Shown piece after piece: positions 52,830 through 61,807 of a DNA stretch of 64,000 nt. Source of the DNA: Nitrospiraceae bacterium (GTDB lineage: Bacteria > Nitrospirota > Nitrospiria > Nitrospirales > Nitrospiraceae); NCBI GenBank assembly GCA_050246315.1, contig JBFWWG010000007.1:64001-128000 (forward strand), given 5' to 3'. The position numbers and the translations under genes are program-made. The notes under the pieces are model-generated. The model was not told where the DNA came from and made no database searches. It saw only the letters and a list, made by a program, of their open reading frames with translations. Every line of letters starts with the position of its first letter. The first letter of the stretch is position 1.

Positions 52830-54085
52830 CGGGAACGCCGATCCGCGACGCCGATGTGTCGGTCTTGACGTTGCCCCGAGATGAACCTCCTCATGGCCAT
52901 CGCACCTGCCGGACGCGCCTCGTCTGGACCATTGGGGTGCTCGCTGTCTGTTTGTGCATGATACTCCTGTACTGGTATGCGCCCTTCTTGTCCGCACGGC
53001 CGGAAGTGAGCACGGCACCGGTTCGGACTGTTGGCGGACAGGCGTCAAGCGCCCCGTTGATTGCCAGCGGCTATGTGGTGGCACAACGACAAGCATCGGT
53101 GGCATCCAAGGGTACCGGCCGTTTGGAATACCTTGGTGTGACGATAGGCAGTCGAGTCAGAACCGGAGATGTGGTCGCACGAGTCCAGCAAGACGATATC
53201 CGAGCGCTTCATCAGCAGGCTCGCGCACGTCTCGACGTGGCCAAGGCGGCCCTGATCAACGCCCAAGCCGAACGGCGTGACGCCCGGCAAAACTTTGCCC
53301 GGGCCGAGGCTCTGCTTCCAAACCAATACATCTCCCAGGCCGAAGTCGATATGGCTCAAAATCGCCTGCACCGTGCGGAGGCAGCGGTTCGCTCGTCCGA
53401 GGCAGCCATCACGGCTGCGGAGGCCGACGTCCAGACCGCCGATGTCATGCTGGAGAACACCGTGATCCGGGCCCCCTTTGACGGGACGGTTCTGAAGAAG
53501 TTCGCCGAGATCGGCGAGGTGGTTGCCCCTATGGCCAGCTCGGCTGGTTCACGGGGGGCCGTCGTTCTCATCGCGGATACGGCCTCCCTGGCCGTGGAAA
53601 CAGAAATTTCTGAAGCCTTGATCGCTCAAATCTCACCGAACCAACAAGCCGACATCGTTCTGGACGCGTTTCCCAACATACATTATCCGGCCGTCGTTGA
53701 GCAGGTTGTGCCCACCGCCGACCGCTCCAAAGGGACGGTCCTGGCCAAAGTGCGATTCAACAAGCTCGACGATCGAGTGCTGCCCGAAATGAGCGCGAAG
53801 GTCTCGTTTTCTCCCGCAGGCTCATCAGCGGATCCCGAGCCGGTGCGGATGTTTGTCCCCTCATCCTCGCTCGTGAGGACGAACGGCCAAACAGTACTTT
53901 ACGTACTCGAGGACGAAACTGCTCGCGAGGTTCCGGTTGAGGTGGTGGCCGAACAGGGGAGCGACAGTGAGATTCGCGGCTCGCTCGCATCGCCCGCCAC
54001 CGTCATTCTTGCCCCGCCCCGGTCGCTCACATCCGGATCCCGCGTTCGTTTCCACCCCGGCCACCAGGAGATAGCCCCACGATGA
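52826..54085 (+). CDS. Efflux periplasmic adaptor (MacA-like)
   Basis: TM anchor, ASGYVVAQRQASVASK, IRAPFDG, PTADRSKGTV, LPEMSAKV. Confidence 0.9.
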   Translation: MTGTPIRDADVSVLTLPRDEPPHGHRTCRTRLVWTIGVLAVCLCMILLYWYAPFLSARPEVSTAPVRTVGGQASSAPLIASGYVVAQRQASVASKGTGRLEYLGVTIGSRVRTGDVVARVQQDDIRALHQQARARLDVAKAALINAQAERRDARQNFARAEALLPNQYISQAEVDMAQNRLHRAEAAVRSSEAAITAAEADVQTADVMLENTVIRAPFDGTVLKKFAEIGEVVAPMASSAGSRGAVVLIADTASLAVETEISEALIAQISPNQQADIVLDAFPNIHYPAVVEQVVPTADRSKGTVLAKVRFNKLDDRVLPEMSAKVSFSPAGSSADPEPVRMFVPSSSLVRTNGQTVLYVLEDETAREVPVEVVAEQGSDSEIRGSLASPATVILAPPRSLTSGSRVRFHPGHQEIAPR

Positions 54086-54750
54086 GTCAATCCGTCATCG
54101 AGTTCCACCGCGTCAATAAGTCTTACCGTCGAGGAGAACAGGAAGTGCCGGTGTTGCGCGATTTCAACCTGTCGATCCCCCCCACACAGTTTCTCGCCAT
54201 TATGGGACCATCTGGCTCGGGAAAGACCACGATCTTGAATCTGATCGCCGGGTTGGACCGTCCAAGCCAGGGCGTCATCCACGCCGCCGGCCTTACGGTC
54301 TCCGAACAACGGGAAACAGAATTGGCTCGATGGCGAGCACGGCATATCGGGTTCGTCTTTCAATTCTACAATCTCATTCCGGTTCTCACCGCGGCGGAAA
54401 ACGTCGAACTGCCGCTCCTGCTCAGCACCCTGACCAAACGAGAGCGGGCCAAACATGTGCAGGCGGCGCTCGGGCTGGTTGGTCTGAGCGATCGCGCGCA
54501 CCACTATCCGCGCCAGTTGTCCGGCGGTCAGGAACAACGGGTCGGGATCGCGCGCGCCATTGTGAGCGATCCCACCATTCTGCTGGCCGATGAGCCGACC
54601 GGCAACCTCGATCGGGATGCGGCCGACGCCGTCATGGGTCTCCTGACCCGCCTGCATCGGGACCTCAAGAAAACGATCCTGATGGTGACTCATGATCCGC
54701 GCGCCGCCGAGCACGCGCACAGCATCCTCCAACTGGACAAAAGCAGGTGA
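54082..54750 (+). CDS. ABC transporter ATP-binding protein
   Basis: GPSGSGKT, LSGGQEQR, ADEPTGNLD. Confidence 0.93.
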   Translation: MSQSVIEFHRVNKSYRRGEQEVPVLRDFNLSIPPTQFLAIMGPSGSGKTTILNLIAGLDRPSQGVIHAAGLTVSEQRETELARWRARHIGFVFQFYNLIPVLTAAENVELPLLLSTLTKRERAKHVQAALGLVGLSDRAHHYPRQLSGGQEQRVGIARAIVSDPTILLADEPTGNLDRDAADAVMGLLTRLHRDLKKTILMVTHDPRAAEHAHSILQLDKSR

Positions 54751-54758
54751 ATTAACGA

Positions 54759-55928
54759 ATGACGCTGAGTACATTCATATTGCGCAATGCAAGACGGCAT
54801 CCCCTTCGAGTGGCGCTGACCGCCTTGGGGATCGCCACCGTTATTCTCGCGTTCAATCTCGTCGTCACCACGGTTCGCGCCTGGTACGCAGGCGTCGAGG
54901 CTTCCGTCCCGAACAGACTGATTACCCGCCACGCCGCGTCGCTCTCGATCCACCTGCCGCTGGCCTATCGGAATCGTATTGCTTCGCTCGACGGCGTGAC
55001 CGGCGTCACCTTCGCCAATTGGTTTGGAGGCGTCTATCGGGACGCCAAGGGCTTTTTCCCCCAATTCGCCGTCGACCCCGGTTCGTTTCTCGATCTCCAC
55101 GAAGAAGTGCGGATCACGACAGACGAGCGACAGGCGTTCCTCGCCGACCGCCGAGGCTGCTTGGTCGGTCGCCGGCTTGCTGCGCAATACGGGTGGAAGA
55201 CCGGCGATGTCATTACGCTCAAAGGTACGCTGTATCCGGGCGACTGGGATTTTGTCGTCCGAGGCATCTACCACGGGGCCGATTCCGGAGCCGATGAAAC
55301 CTGGATGTTGATCCGCTGGGACTATATGAATGAGCGACGACGACAAGTGGATCCCGACCGCTCCAACACGGTGGGCTGGTACATCATTCGCGTAGCCGAT
55401 CCGATTCAAGCCGGTAATATTTCGAGATCGGTGGATGCAGAGTTCGCCAACTCCATGGCGGAGACCAGGACGGAAACCGAACAGGCTTTCCAGATGGGCT
55501 TTGTCGCAATGTCGGGGGCTATCATCGGCGCCTTGAAAGTTCTCGCCATTGTCCTCAACGGCATCACTCTCCTCGTTTTGGCCAACACCCTCGTGATGGC
55601 AGTGCGCGAGCGGACGAAGGAACTCGCCGTGATGCGGACCTTGGGATTCCGCTCATCACACCTGATTGCGCTCGTCACGGGGGAAGCCCTGGTGATAGCC
55701 GGACTGGGAGCGGGGTTGGGGATCCTCCTCACGATCCCCGCGAATCATCTCTACGCGGTACTGGTCGAGTCCAAGCTCGGTAATTTCTTTCAACACATGT
55801 ACCTGTATCCCACCACTCTGTTGTTGAGCGCAGTGGTGACGTTCGGTATCGCCGTCGGCGCATCGGTCGTGCCCGTTGCCGTGGTGTTGCGCGCGAAGGT
55901 AGCGCAGGGCCTTCGTCATGTCGGGTAG
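54759..55928 (+). CDS. ABC transporter permease (MacB/FtsX type) 1
   Basis: NARRHPLRVALT, NWFGGVY, MAVRERTKELAVMRTLGF. Confidence 0.9.
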   Translation: MTLSTFILRNARRHPLRVALTALGIATVILAFNLVVTTVRAWYAGVEASVPNRLITRHAASLSIHLPLAYRNRIASLDGVTGVTFANWFGGVYRDAKGFFPQFAVDPGSFLDLHEEVRITTDERQAFLADRRGCLVGRRLAAQYGWKTGDVITLKGTLYPGDWDFVVRGIYHGADSGADETWMLIRWDYMNERRRQVDPDRSNTVGWYIIRVADPIQAGNISRSVDAEFANSMAETRTETEQAFQMGFVAMSGAIIGALKVLAIVLNGITLLVLANTLVMAVRERTKELAVMRTLGFRSSHLIALVTGEALVIAGLGAGLGILLTIPANHLYAVLVESKLGNFFQHMYLYPTTLLLSAVVTFGIAVGASVVPVAVVLRAKVAQGLRHVG

Positions 55929-56016
55929 TCGGTCCTGCCATGTTGGTTCCGTTTTCTTGTTCGGTCATGAACGCACATCGCTTCCCGCTCGAAGCACAAT
56001 GCAAGCGAGGGTTGTT

Positions 56017-56176
56017 CTAGAAGTCATTTCGAAACCCTATGACCGTACCTCGACGAGCTCAGCACGAATGCAGGAATATCCTCTTTTCATGAACAGATCC
56101 GCTTGCCCTGAGCCGGTCGAAGCCTGCGGGGAGTGCATCGAACCGAGTGAACGGAAGGTTTTGAAATGACTCCTAG
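56017..56176. mobile_element. MITE/REP-containing element with CTAG-ended inverted repeats
   Basis: CTAGAAGTCATTTCGAAACC ... GGTTTTGAAATGACTCCTAG; internal inverted pair TCGACGAGCTCAG / CTGAGCCGGTCGA. Confidence 0.75.
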
Positions 56177-56191
56177 TCCAAAAGTCCACCG

Positions 56192-57202
56192 ATGAGAACA
56201 TTGCTCCTGACAATTGTGATGCTCGTACTCAGGTGGAATCGCGCGGACGCCCGGTCGCCACAGGAAATCGCCGATAGGCAACCCGGCGGGATTGAACCCG
56301 ACGAGATCAAGCTCTTCGTCGAAATGCCGGCAAGTGCCCGTGTGGTGCTCGCCGGAACAGTCGCCTAGGTCCGTGAGTTATCGCGTCAGACCATGCTGTG
56401 CCGGGTCTCGCAAGGGTTCAGTAGGAGAATCGGTCTCATGTCCTTGGACGACATCGGACGGGTCTGCATCAGCGTTCGTCGGGAGTTCCGGTTGAGCGAT
56501 AGCCAAGTGCGCAAGATTCAGTCGCCCTTCGAGACCGCTCTGCGGAACCTGTTGCGGCTCGGGAAGGAAATCGATCTCGGTCGTGGGGAGGCCGACCGAC
56601 TGGTGATGCGACCGGATATGGACCCGCAGGTGATCCGCGCACAACGTCAGAAGACCGGCAAAAACCGAAGGACGATGGTTCAGCAGGCACCTCGATGTCT
56701 CCGAGAAGCTCGCCGATCAGGCGACGGAGGAGCAGCGCAGCAACCTCGTCGCTCTCGAGAAACAGGCTCCGCAGACCCCATGGACGAGAGGCAGGACAAG
56801 GCAGGCCGCCACTGGGATGGCCGGCGCCGGTCATGGCTATAATCCGAATCACCTCGGCTTCGAGTCTTTTCTCGCTCAGATCGGTCGACTCGGCCTCACG
56901 GCGGAACACATCGCGGCCCTGGTGCACGTCACAAACGAGACACGAAAATGGTCTTGATGAAACAGGCCATGCTCAAGGGCGCGGAATTAGCGCTCATGAA
57001 CCTGCTTCGGCCGCAGACGAACACGACGGTGCCGCAGGAAATGTTCGCCCCGGCCGCTCAAGAGGTCGAGCGGATTAGGAGTCGAATGACTTGCGCGAAC
57101 GTATTGGGTTATTTCAACGCGCGGCAGATTCCCACTCCGCCGGAGCAACAGCACGTGCATGCGACGGACACCCTGAAGAATAGCCGCCAGGGTGGCCTAT
57201 GA
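56192..57202 (+). pseudogene. Decayed periplasmic protein with two Spy/CpxP/ZraP-like helical-hairpin domains
   Basis: Signal peptide MRTLLLTIVMLVL; fragments RLSDSQVRKIQ...DPQVIRAQ, ATEEQRSNL, LGLTAEHIAAL, ARQIPTPPEQQ in different frames with stops; last stop overlaps the ATG at 57199. Confidence 0.6.
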
Positions 57203-58371
57203 GCCTCCTATGGACCTACAGTCTCCGCAACCTGTGGGTGCGCGGGAGTACGACCGCACTCACCGTCGCCGGATTGGCTCTGGTCAGCCTGGTGCTCCTG
57301 GCCGTACTCATGTTGGGCAACGGCCTCAACGCCGCGCTCATCGAGAGCGGCTCGCCCGACAATGTCCTGCTGTTGCGAAAGGGCGCGACGACCGAGATCG
57401 CGAGCGGCATCTATCGCGACCAGGTGCACATCATCCGTACGCTTCCAGGCATTGCCCAGACTGCGGAGGGAGGACCACTCGCCATTCCAGAATTGGTAGT
57501 TCTGATCAGTCTCGCCAAACAGGGGACCGCAACCCCGGCTAACGTCGTGGTTCGCGGAACGCAGCCGGAGGCGTTCACCCTACGCTCCCAGTCCCGCCTG
57601 ACTCAGGGACGCCAGTGGCGACCGGGCACCACGGAGCTCGTCATTGGAAATCAGATCGCACAACGCTTCCTGCCGAAGGGCATCGGTTCGTCTCTTCGGA
57701 TCGGAAAGCGAGAATGGCTCGTCGTCGGTATTCTGGACGCACAGGGAACGGCCTTCGACACCGAAATCTGGGGCGATGTCGATCAACTCATGGCAACCTA
57801 CGGGCGCGACTCCTACAGCTCGCTGACACTTCGTCTTTCCCGCCCGGACGCCTTCCAGCAGATTGGAGAGGCCATTGGGGCCGATCCCCGACTGATGCTT
57901 CAGGTGAAACGCGAACGCGAGTACTACCGAGAGAAATCCCTGACCATGGCCATGTTTATTCGCTTCCTCGGGCTGACGTTCACGTTCATCTTCGCCTTGG
58001 GGGCGATTCTCGGAGGGACGATGACGATGTATGGCTCCGTGGCCGCCAGAACTCGGGAAATCGGGATGCTCCGCGCGCTGGGCTTCAGCCGCTACAGAAT
58101 TCTCGCTACGTTCTTGTTCGAGTCTCTTTTGCTCGGTGGACTGGCCGGATCACTCGCCATCGCGGGAGGTTTGGGTTTACAGTTCGTCACGCTCTCGACC
58201 ATGAACTGGAGTACATTCTCAGAGCTGACATTTCGCCTGACGTTGACTCCAGCATCGATCGTCATCACCCTGTGTTTCGCGATCGCCATTGGCATGCTGG
58301 GAGGAATCCCGCCAGCCCTAAGAGCCGCCCGCGTCATGGTGACCGCCGCGCTGCACGCACCGGGCCGGTAA
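57199..58371 (+). CDS. ABC transporter permease (MacB/FtsX type) 2
   Basis: YSLRNLWVR, EIWGD, TMYGSVAARTREIGMLRALGF. Confidence 0.9.
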   Translation: MSLLWTYSLRNLWVRGSTTALTVAGLALVSLVLLAVLMLGNGLNAALIESGSPDNVLLLRKGATTEIASGIYRDQVHIIRTLPGIAQTAEGGPLAIPELVVLISLAKQGTATPANVVVRGTQPEAFTLRSQSRLTQGRQWRPGTTELVIGNQIAQRFLPKGIGSSLRIGKREWLVVGILDAQGTAFDTEIWGDVDQLMATYGRDSYSSLTLRLSRPDAFQQIGEAIGADPRLMLQVKREREYYREKSLTMAMFIRFLGLTFTFIFALGAILGGTMTMYGSVAARTREIGMLRALGFSRYRILATFLFESLLLGGLAGSLAIAGGLGLQFVTLSTMNWSTFSELTFRLTLTPASIVITLCFAIAIGMLGGIPPALRAARVMVTAALHAPGR

Positions 58372-58469
58372 GCGTGTCATCCCGTATTCCGGTATCACTT
58401 ACCTGGAAAGAAAACATATCGATCAGGCGATCGAACATGTACACATCATTGAAAGTCGCTATAGGATTT

Positions 58470-58484
58470 TGACGATCGTTCTCA
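58470..58484 (+). promoter_or_regulatory. Putative Fur box
   Basis: TGACGAT-C-GTTCTCA in an AT-rich intergenic stretch; resembles the boxes at 42769 and 61763. Confidence 0.45.
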
Positions 58485-58532
58485 TGTCATGAACCCATAC
58501 CTCCATCGTCTATGATCCATCGGAATAGCCCG

Positions 58533-58816
58533 CAGGCTGTTCAACCGCCCGACATGCTCACCTACCCGCTCCCGGCATACTGGTCTCACCTGCCCACCTT
58601 TCGATCGCTTTGCAATCGATCTTCCGAGACGCACCATTTCAAGGGCGCGGCCGAAGCGAGCAGGATGTCGGCCTACCGGCACTCGTCATTCGTATGGGAA
58701 TGTCCGGTCATGGCGACCTGTCTGATTCAGCGTCGGTCGATTGGCGGTTGACGATTGTGGCATGCCGGTCAACCCAATGGGCTAGAACAAAGCCGGTGGA
58801 CTTTCTCAGCATCCTG
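58533..58816. mobile_element. Degenerate MITE-like element related to 23998-24122
   Basis: Ends CAGGCTGTTCAA ... TTTCTCAGCATCCTG; subterminal AGAACAAAGCCGGTGGAC resembles AGAACGACGCTGATGGCG. Confidence 0.5.
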
Positions 58817-58937
58817 GCTGGTCGGTTCCGCTCTATCACTCGCTCAGGGACATACCAGGCCTCCAACGAGGCATGAGTCCGGGCATTGCTGAATTGGGGC
58901 GACTTTTCACATCGCACGTGGCGCGAGGAGGTACCGT

Positions 58938-59861
58938 ATGCGTGGCATTTGTGCCGCTCTCGTTCTTTCCCTTCTGGCAGTTCCATACGATAGCCCGGCG
59001 GCGGACAGTTCGGTGGGCACCACCAAAATCGGCGTGTTGCTGGTCAACCATGGCTCACGCTCGGAGACATGGCGGAACGGCCTCTTGCAGTTGGAAGCGA
59101 ACGTCGCCCCGACTATCCTGAAGCAGCCGCGGGTGAGTGGGGTCAAGACGGCGTTCATGGAGTATACGGAGCCGTCCATCGCGACCCGCCTCAAGGAATT
59201 CGACCGGGATCACTACACGGACATCATTCTGATTCCCGTATTCCTGACCGTCAGCCCCCATACGTTCGACGACATTCCGACCATTGTCGGATTGAAGGAG
59301 GACCCGCATTCCATGCAGCAACTCAAAATCGAGAACATCCAACGCTACACTCCCCGCGCAAAGGTCCACATCACGCCGCCCCTTGATTTTACCGACTTAC
59401 TGCAACACAACTTGCTCCGTCGCGTATCAGCGCTCTCGAAGAACCCGGCCCAGGAAGGGATCGTCCTCATCGGCTATGGCGACGAGACGTACGACAGGGA
59501 ATGGGTCGAGTTGTTCAACAAGACAGCGGATTTTATCCGACAGCGGACGGGAATTAGCGCTTATGCCTATGGCTGGTGCGGCCATATCGCGGACTATAAA
59601 CCCGAGGAAACGACCGTGGCCATCAATACCGTTCTCAAGTCGGCGCGGACAGCCTTGGTGATTCCCGTCCTTGTCGCACACGACGAGACGTTCCAGATCA
59701 AAATTATCGGCACCGGGATTGCCCGGGTACCCGACAACCGGGAGCGTGTGGTGTACAAGCCGGATTCCATTCTTCCAGACCCTCGCTTGGAGGAATGGGT
59801 GATCACCATCGCACAGCAGTACGCCCACAAGATTCAACCCCGGCTGTCGCGGGCACAGTAA
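58938..59861 (+). CDS. Exported CbiX/SirB-fold chelatase-like protein
   Basis: Signal peptide; GVLLVNHGS, AFMEYTEPSI, LIPVFLTVSPH; second half GIVLIGYG...IPVLVAHD; GAGGAGG RBS. Confidence 0.8.
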   Translation: MRGICAALVLSLLAVPYDSPAADSSVGTTKIGVLLVNHGSRSETWRNGLLQLEANVAPTILKQPRVSGVKTAFMEYTEPSIATRLKEFDRDHYTDIILIPVFLTVSPHTFDDIPTIVGLKEDPHSMQQLKIENIQRYTPRAKVHITPPLDFTDLLQHNLLRRVSALSKNPAQEGIVLIGYGDETYDREWVELFNKTADFIRQRTGISAYAYGWCGHIADYKPEETTVAINTVLKSARTALVIPVLVAHDETFQIKIIGTGIARVPDNRERVVYKPDSILPDPRLEEWVITIAQQYAHKIQPRLSRAQ

Positions 59862-60457
59862 TGATGACCTCGGCAAAACAACGCATCGCTTGGCCGGAAT
59901 CCGACAGGCTCACGCGATGGAATCTTGTGGCTCATCGCGACATCGGATATGCCTGTGCCTCGTTGATTCTTGCCTATTGCCTGTCCGGCATCGCGCTGAA
60001 CCATATCGGCGACTGGAATCCCGACTTCGTCATTTCCAAGCGCATGGTGTTGCTGCCACGTCCGTACACGAAGGAAGAGATCACGCGTGAACATCTGGCT
60101 GAATTCGGCCGGATGGTCGACGAGAACGACTACAAGGTGTACGACTTTCCAACCTCCGACCAGGTCAAGATCTATTATGACAATGCGTCACTCCATCTTC
60201 ACTTGGGCACAGGGCAAGGCACCTACGAGAAAGTCTCGCGAAGACCAGTCCTGTATGAGGCCAATGTCCTGCACCTCAATCGCCTCAAAGGCTGGAAGTG
60301 GGCGTCGGACGTGTTTGCGCTGATCCTCATCGTCTTGAGCGTGACCGGACTCTTTGTCCTGCGCGGGAAGTATGGGCTCGCCCGCCGGGGAAAATGGCTC
60401 GTGGCCGCCGGCATGCTGCCTCCCCTGCTGGCGCTCCTCCTTTTCGAGCTAAAATAA
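59861..60457 (+). CDS. PepSY-associated TM helix protein
   Basis: HRDIGY, SGIALNH, LHLNR, W...SDVFA...VTGLF; TAATG coupling to the upstream gene. Confidence 0.82.
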   Translation: MMTSAKQRIAWPESDRLTRWNLVAHRDIGYACASLILAYCLSGIALNHIGDWNPDFVISKRMVLLPRPYTKEEITREHLAEFGRMVDENDYKVYDFPTSDQVKIYYDNASLHLHLGTGQGTYEKVSRRPVLYEANVLHLNRLKGWKWASDVFALILIVLSVTGLFVLRGKYGLARRGKWLVAAGMLPPLLALLLFELK

Positions 60458-61111
60458 TCGGTCAGGGAATGGCGGGTCGGCACACGCTGGCTTGCCAACT
60501 TCGTAGGCGCCGGTCGAGTACGATCACCACTCTCCTTGCAGACCACGCTTCGACAATGCGGCCTGTGTTTGTCCGGAGTTCTCGTGTCTGCAGGCAGCAA
60601 GCTGCCCAGACACAGAACCCCGTTATCGGTGAACCACACCATGATACCGACCTGCCGGCAACATGTAGGAGTATAGCCCAATGCTGGGCTTCATTGGGCC
60701 TCCGCCGCCGCATTCGATTACCTGGATGCGGAGGGGCACTTTGCTGCGACTTCGCATCCTGGCCAGAGACCCGTTGCAGGCTGAGAACAATGGATGCCCG
60801 GAGGCGGATCGGCGATTGCAGTAGAAGCGTTTAGGACTACTTCGGTTTAGAACCTGAGGATTGCCTTATGCCCGTCGTTCGCGGGAGAAGGGGAGAGCTT
60901 TCCGCGAGGACACGGGGTGATCGAAGAACACCTGAAGCGGGCCGCCCCACAGCATGGATCACAGCTCTTCCACGATTCTGAAACAGAGTATGACTGGGAC
61001 CGGATGGCGGTGCACCTCGCTGCAACGACGACCGTCGCCATCCAGTCCCCTCACTCGTACGTCTCCCCTGTCTGTGAGGCAACACCGGCACTTCCAGAAG
61101 GAGGTCTTCCC

Positions 61112-61420
61112 ATGCAAAGCACGGATACACGCGCGGCGGTGGCCGCCTTGCTGATGCTCACCCTGCTGATAAGCGGTTGCGTGGAGGGAAGCGGGACAGG
61201 AACCCGCATTAGCCAAGACGACGTCGGAAACGCATCCTCGCACCCCCAGCCGCCCTTCGCCGGCGAGGCCGAAGTGGTCACCGGCACGAGTACACCGCAC
61301 AAACAGAAGAATACGCCGATAGAGATCGAACGGATCAGCGACAAGCAACTGGAGCAGAGCGGCGCCATACATCTCGACCAGGTGCTCCAGGACGTGCCGG
61401 GCCTTCAGCAGCGACGGTAG
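61112..61420 (+). CDS. 102-aa lipoprotein carrying a TonB-box and plug-start-like segment
   Basis: AAGGAGGT RBS, lipobox LISGC, EVVTGTSTPHKQKNTPIEIERISDKQLEQSGAIHLDQVLQDVPGL then stop. Confidence 0.65.
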   Translation: MQSTDTRAAVAALLMLTLLISGCVEGSGTGTRISQDDVGNASSHPQPPFAGEAEVVTGTSTPHKQKNTPIEIERISDKQLEQSGAIHLDQVLQDVPGLQQRR

Positions 61421-61762
61421 GGAACACCGGAAACTCCAACCGGCACAATCTGCGGCCGGTATCGAACTTCATCCTGGACCATCGAGTACGCCTAGGTGAC
61501 CGGCGTGGTCATCGATTTAGACGCCGTGGTATCGGATCGAGGGCGGACGTGCTCGCTCTTGGCAGTCCTTTTCCGTACGTGACCTCTTCGAGATTCCTCC
61601 CACCTTCCGTTCATACCTATCCCCCCCGGAACGTTCGAGCCCGCCCCTTGTGCGGTCGTCCTTCGCGCTTCCCCTCCTTCACAGCCCATTTCCGGCCAAT
61701 GAGCATGCGCAAACCGGAAATTGAACATTCTTTCTTCCTGCTCGATTCGATATAAGCGTGGA

Positions 61763-61777
61763 TGAGAATAGTTCTCA
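61763..61777 (+). promoter_or_regulatory. Fur box upstream of the second tonB
   Basis: TGAGAAT-A-GTTCTCA near-perfect 7-1-7 inverted repeat 30 nt before the ATG. Confidence 0.75.
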
Positions 61778-61807
61778 CTATCGATATAGACCCGTTCTGG
61801 ACCTGTC

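Noticed and set aside
58938..59861. Cobalamin or siroheme biosynthesis gene cbiX/sirB
   Set aside because: Has a signal peptide and no cob/cbi/cys neighbours, so the symbol was withheld
60460..61100. Decayed methyltransferase-like gene (HHDTDLPATCRSIA, AAFDYLDAEGHF fragments)
   Set aside because: Short fragments in different frames and no SAM-binding motif seen; needs tBLASTn before any call
61440..61680. DUF2946/RAPP-type stalling leader peptide before tonB2
   Set aside because: CGAGCCCGCCCC is one base short of encoding RAPP and no intact upstream ORF with CxxC exists
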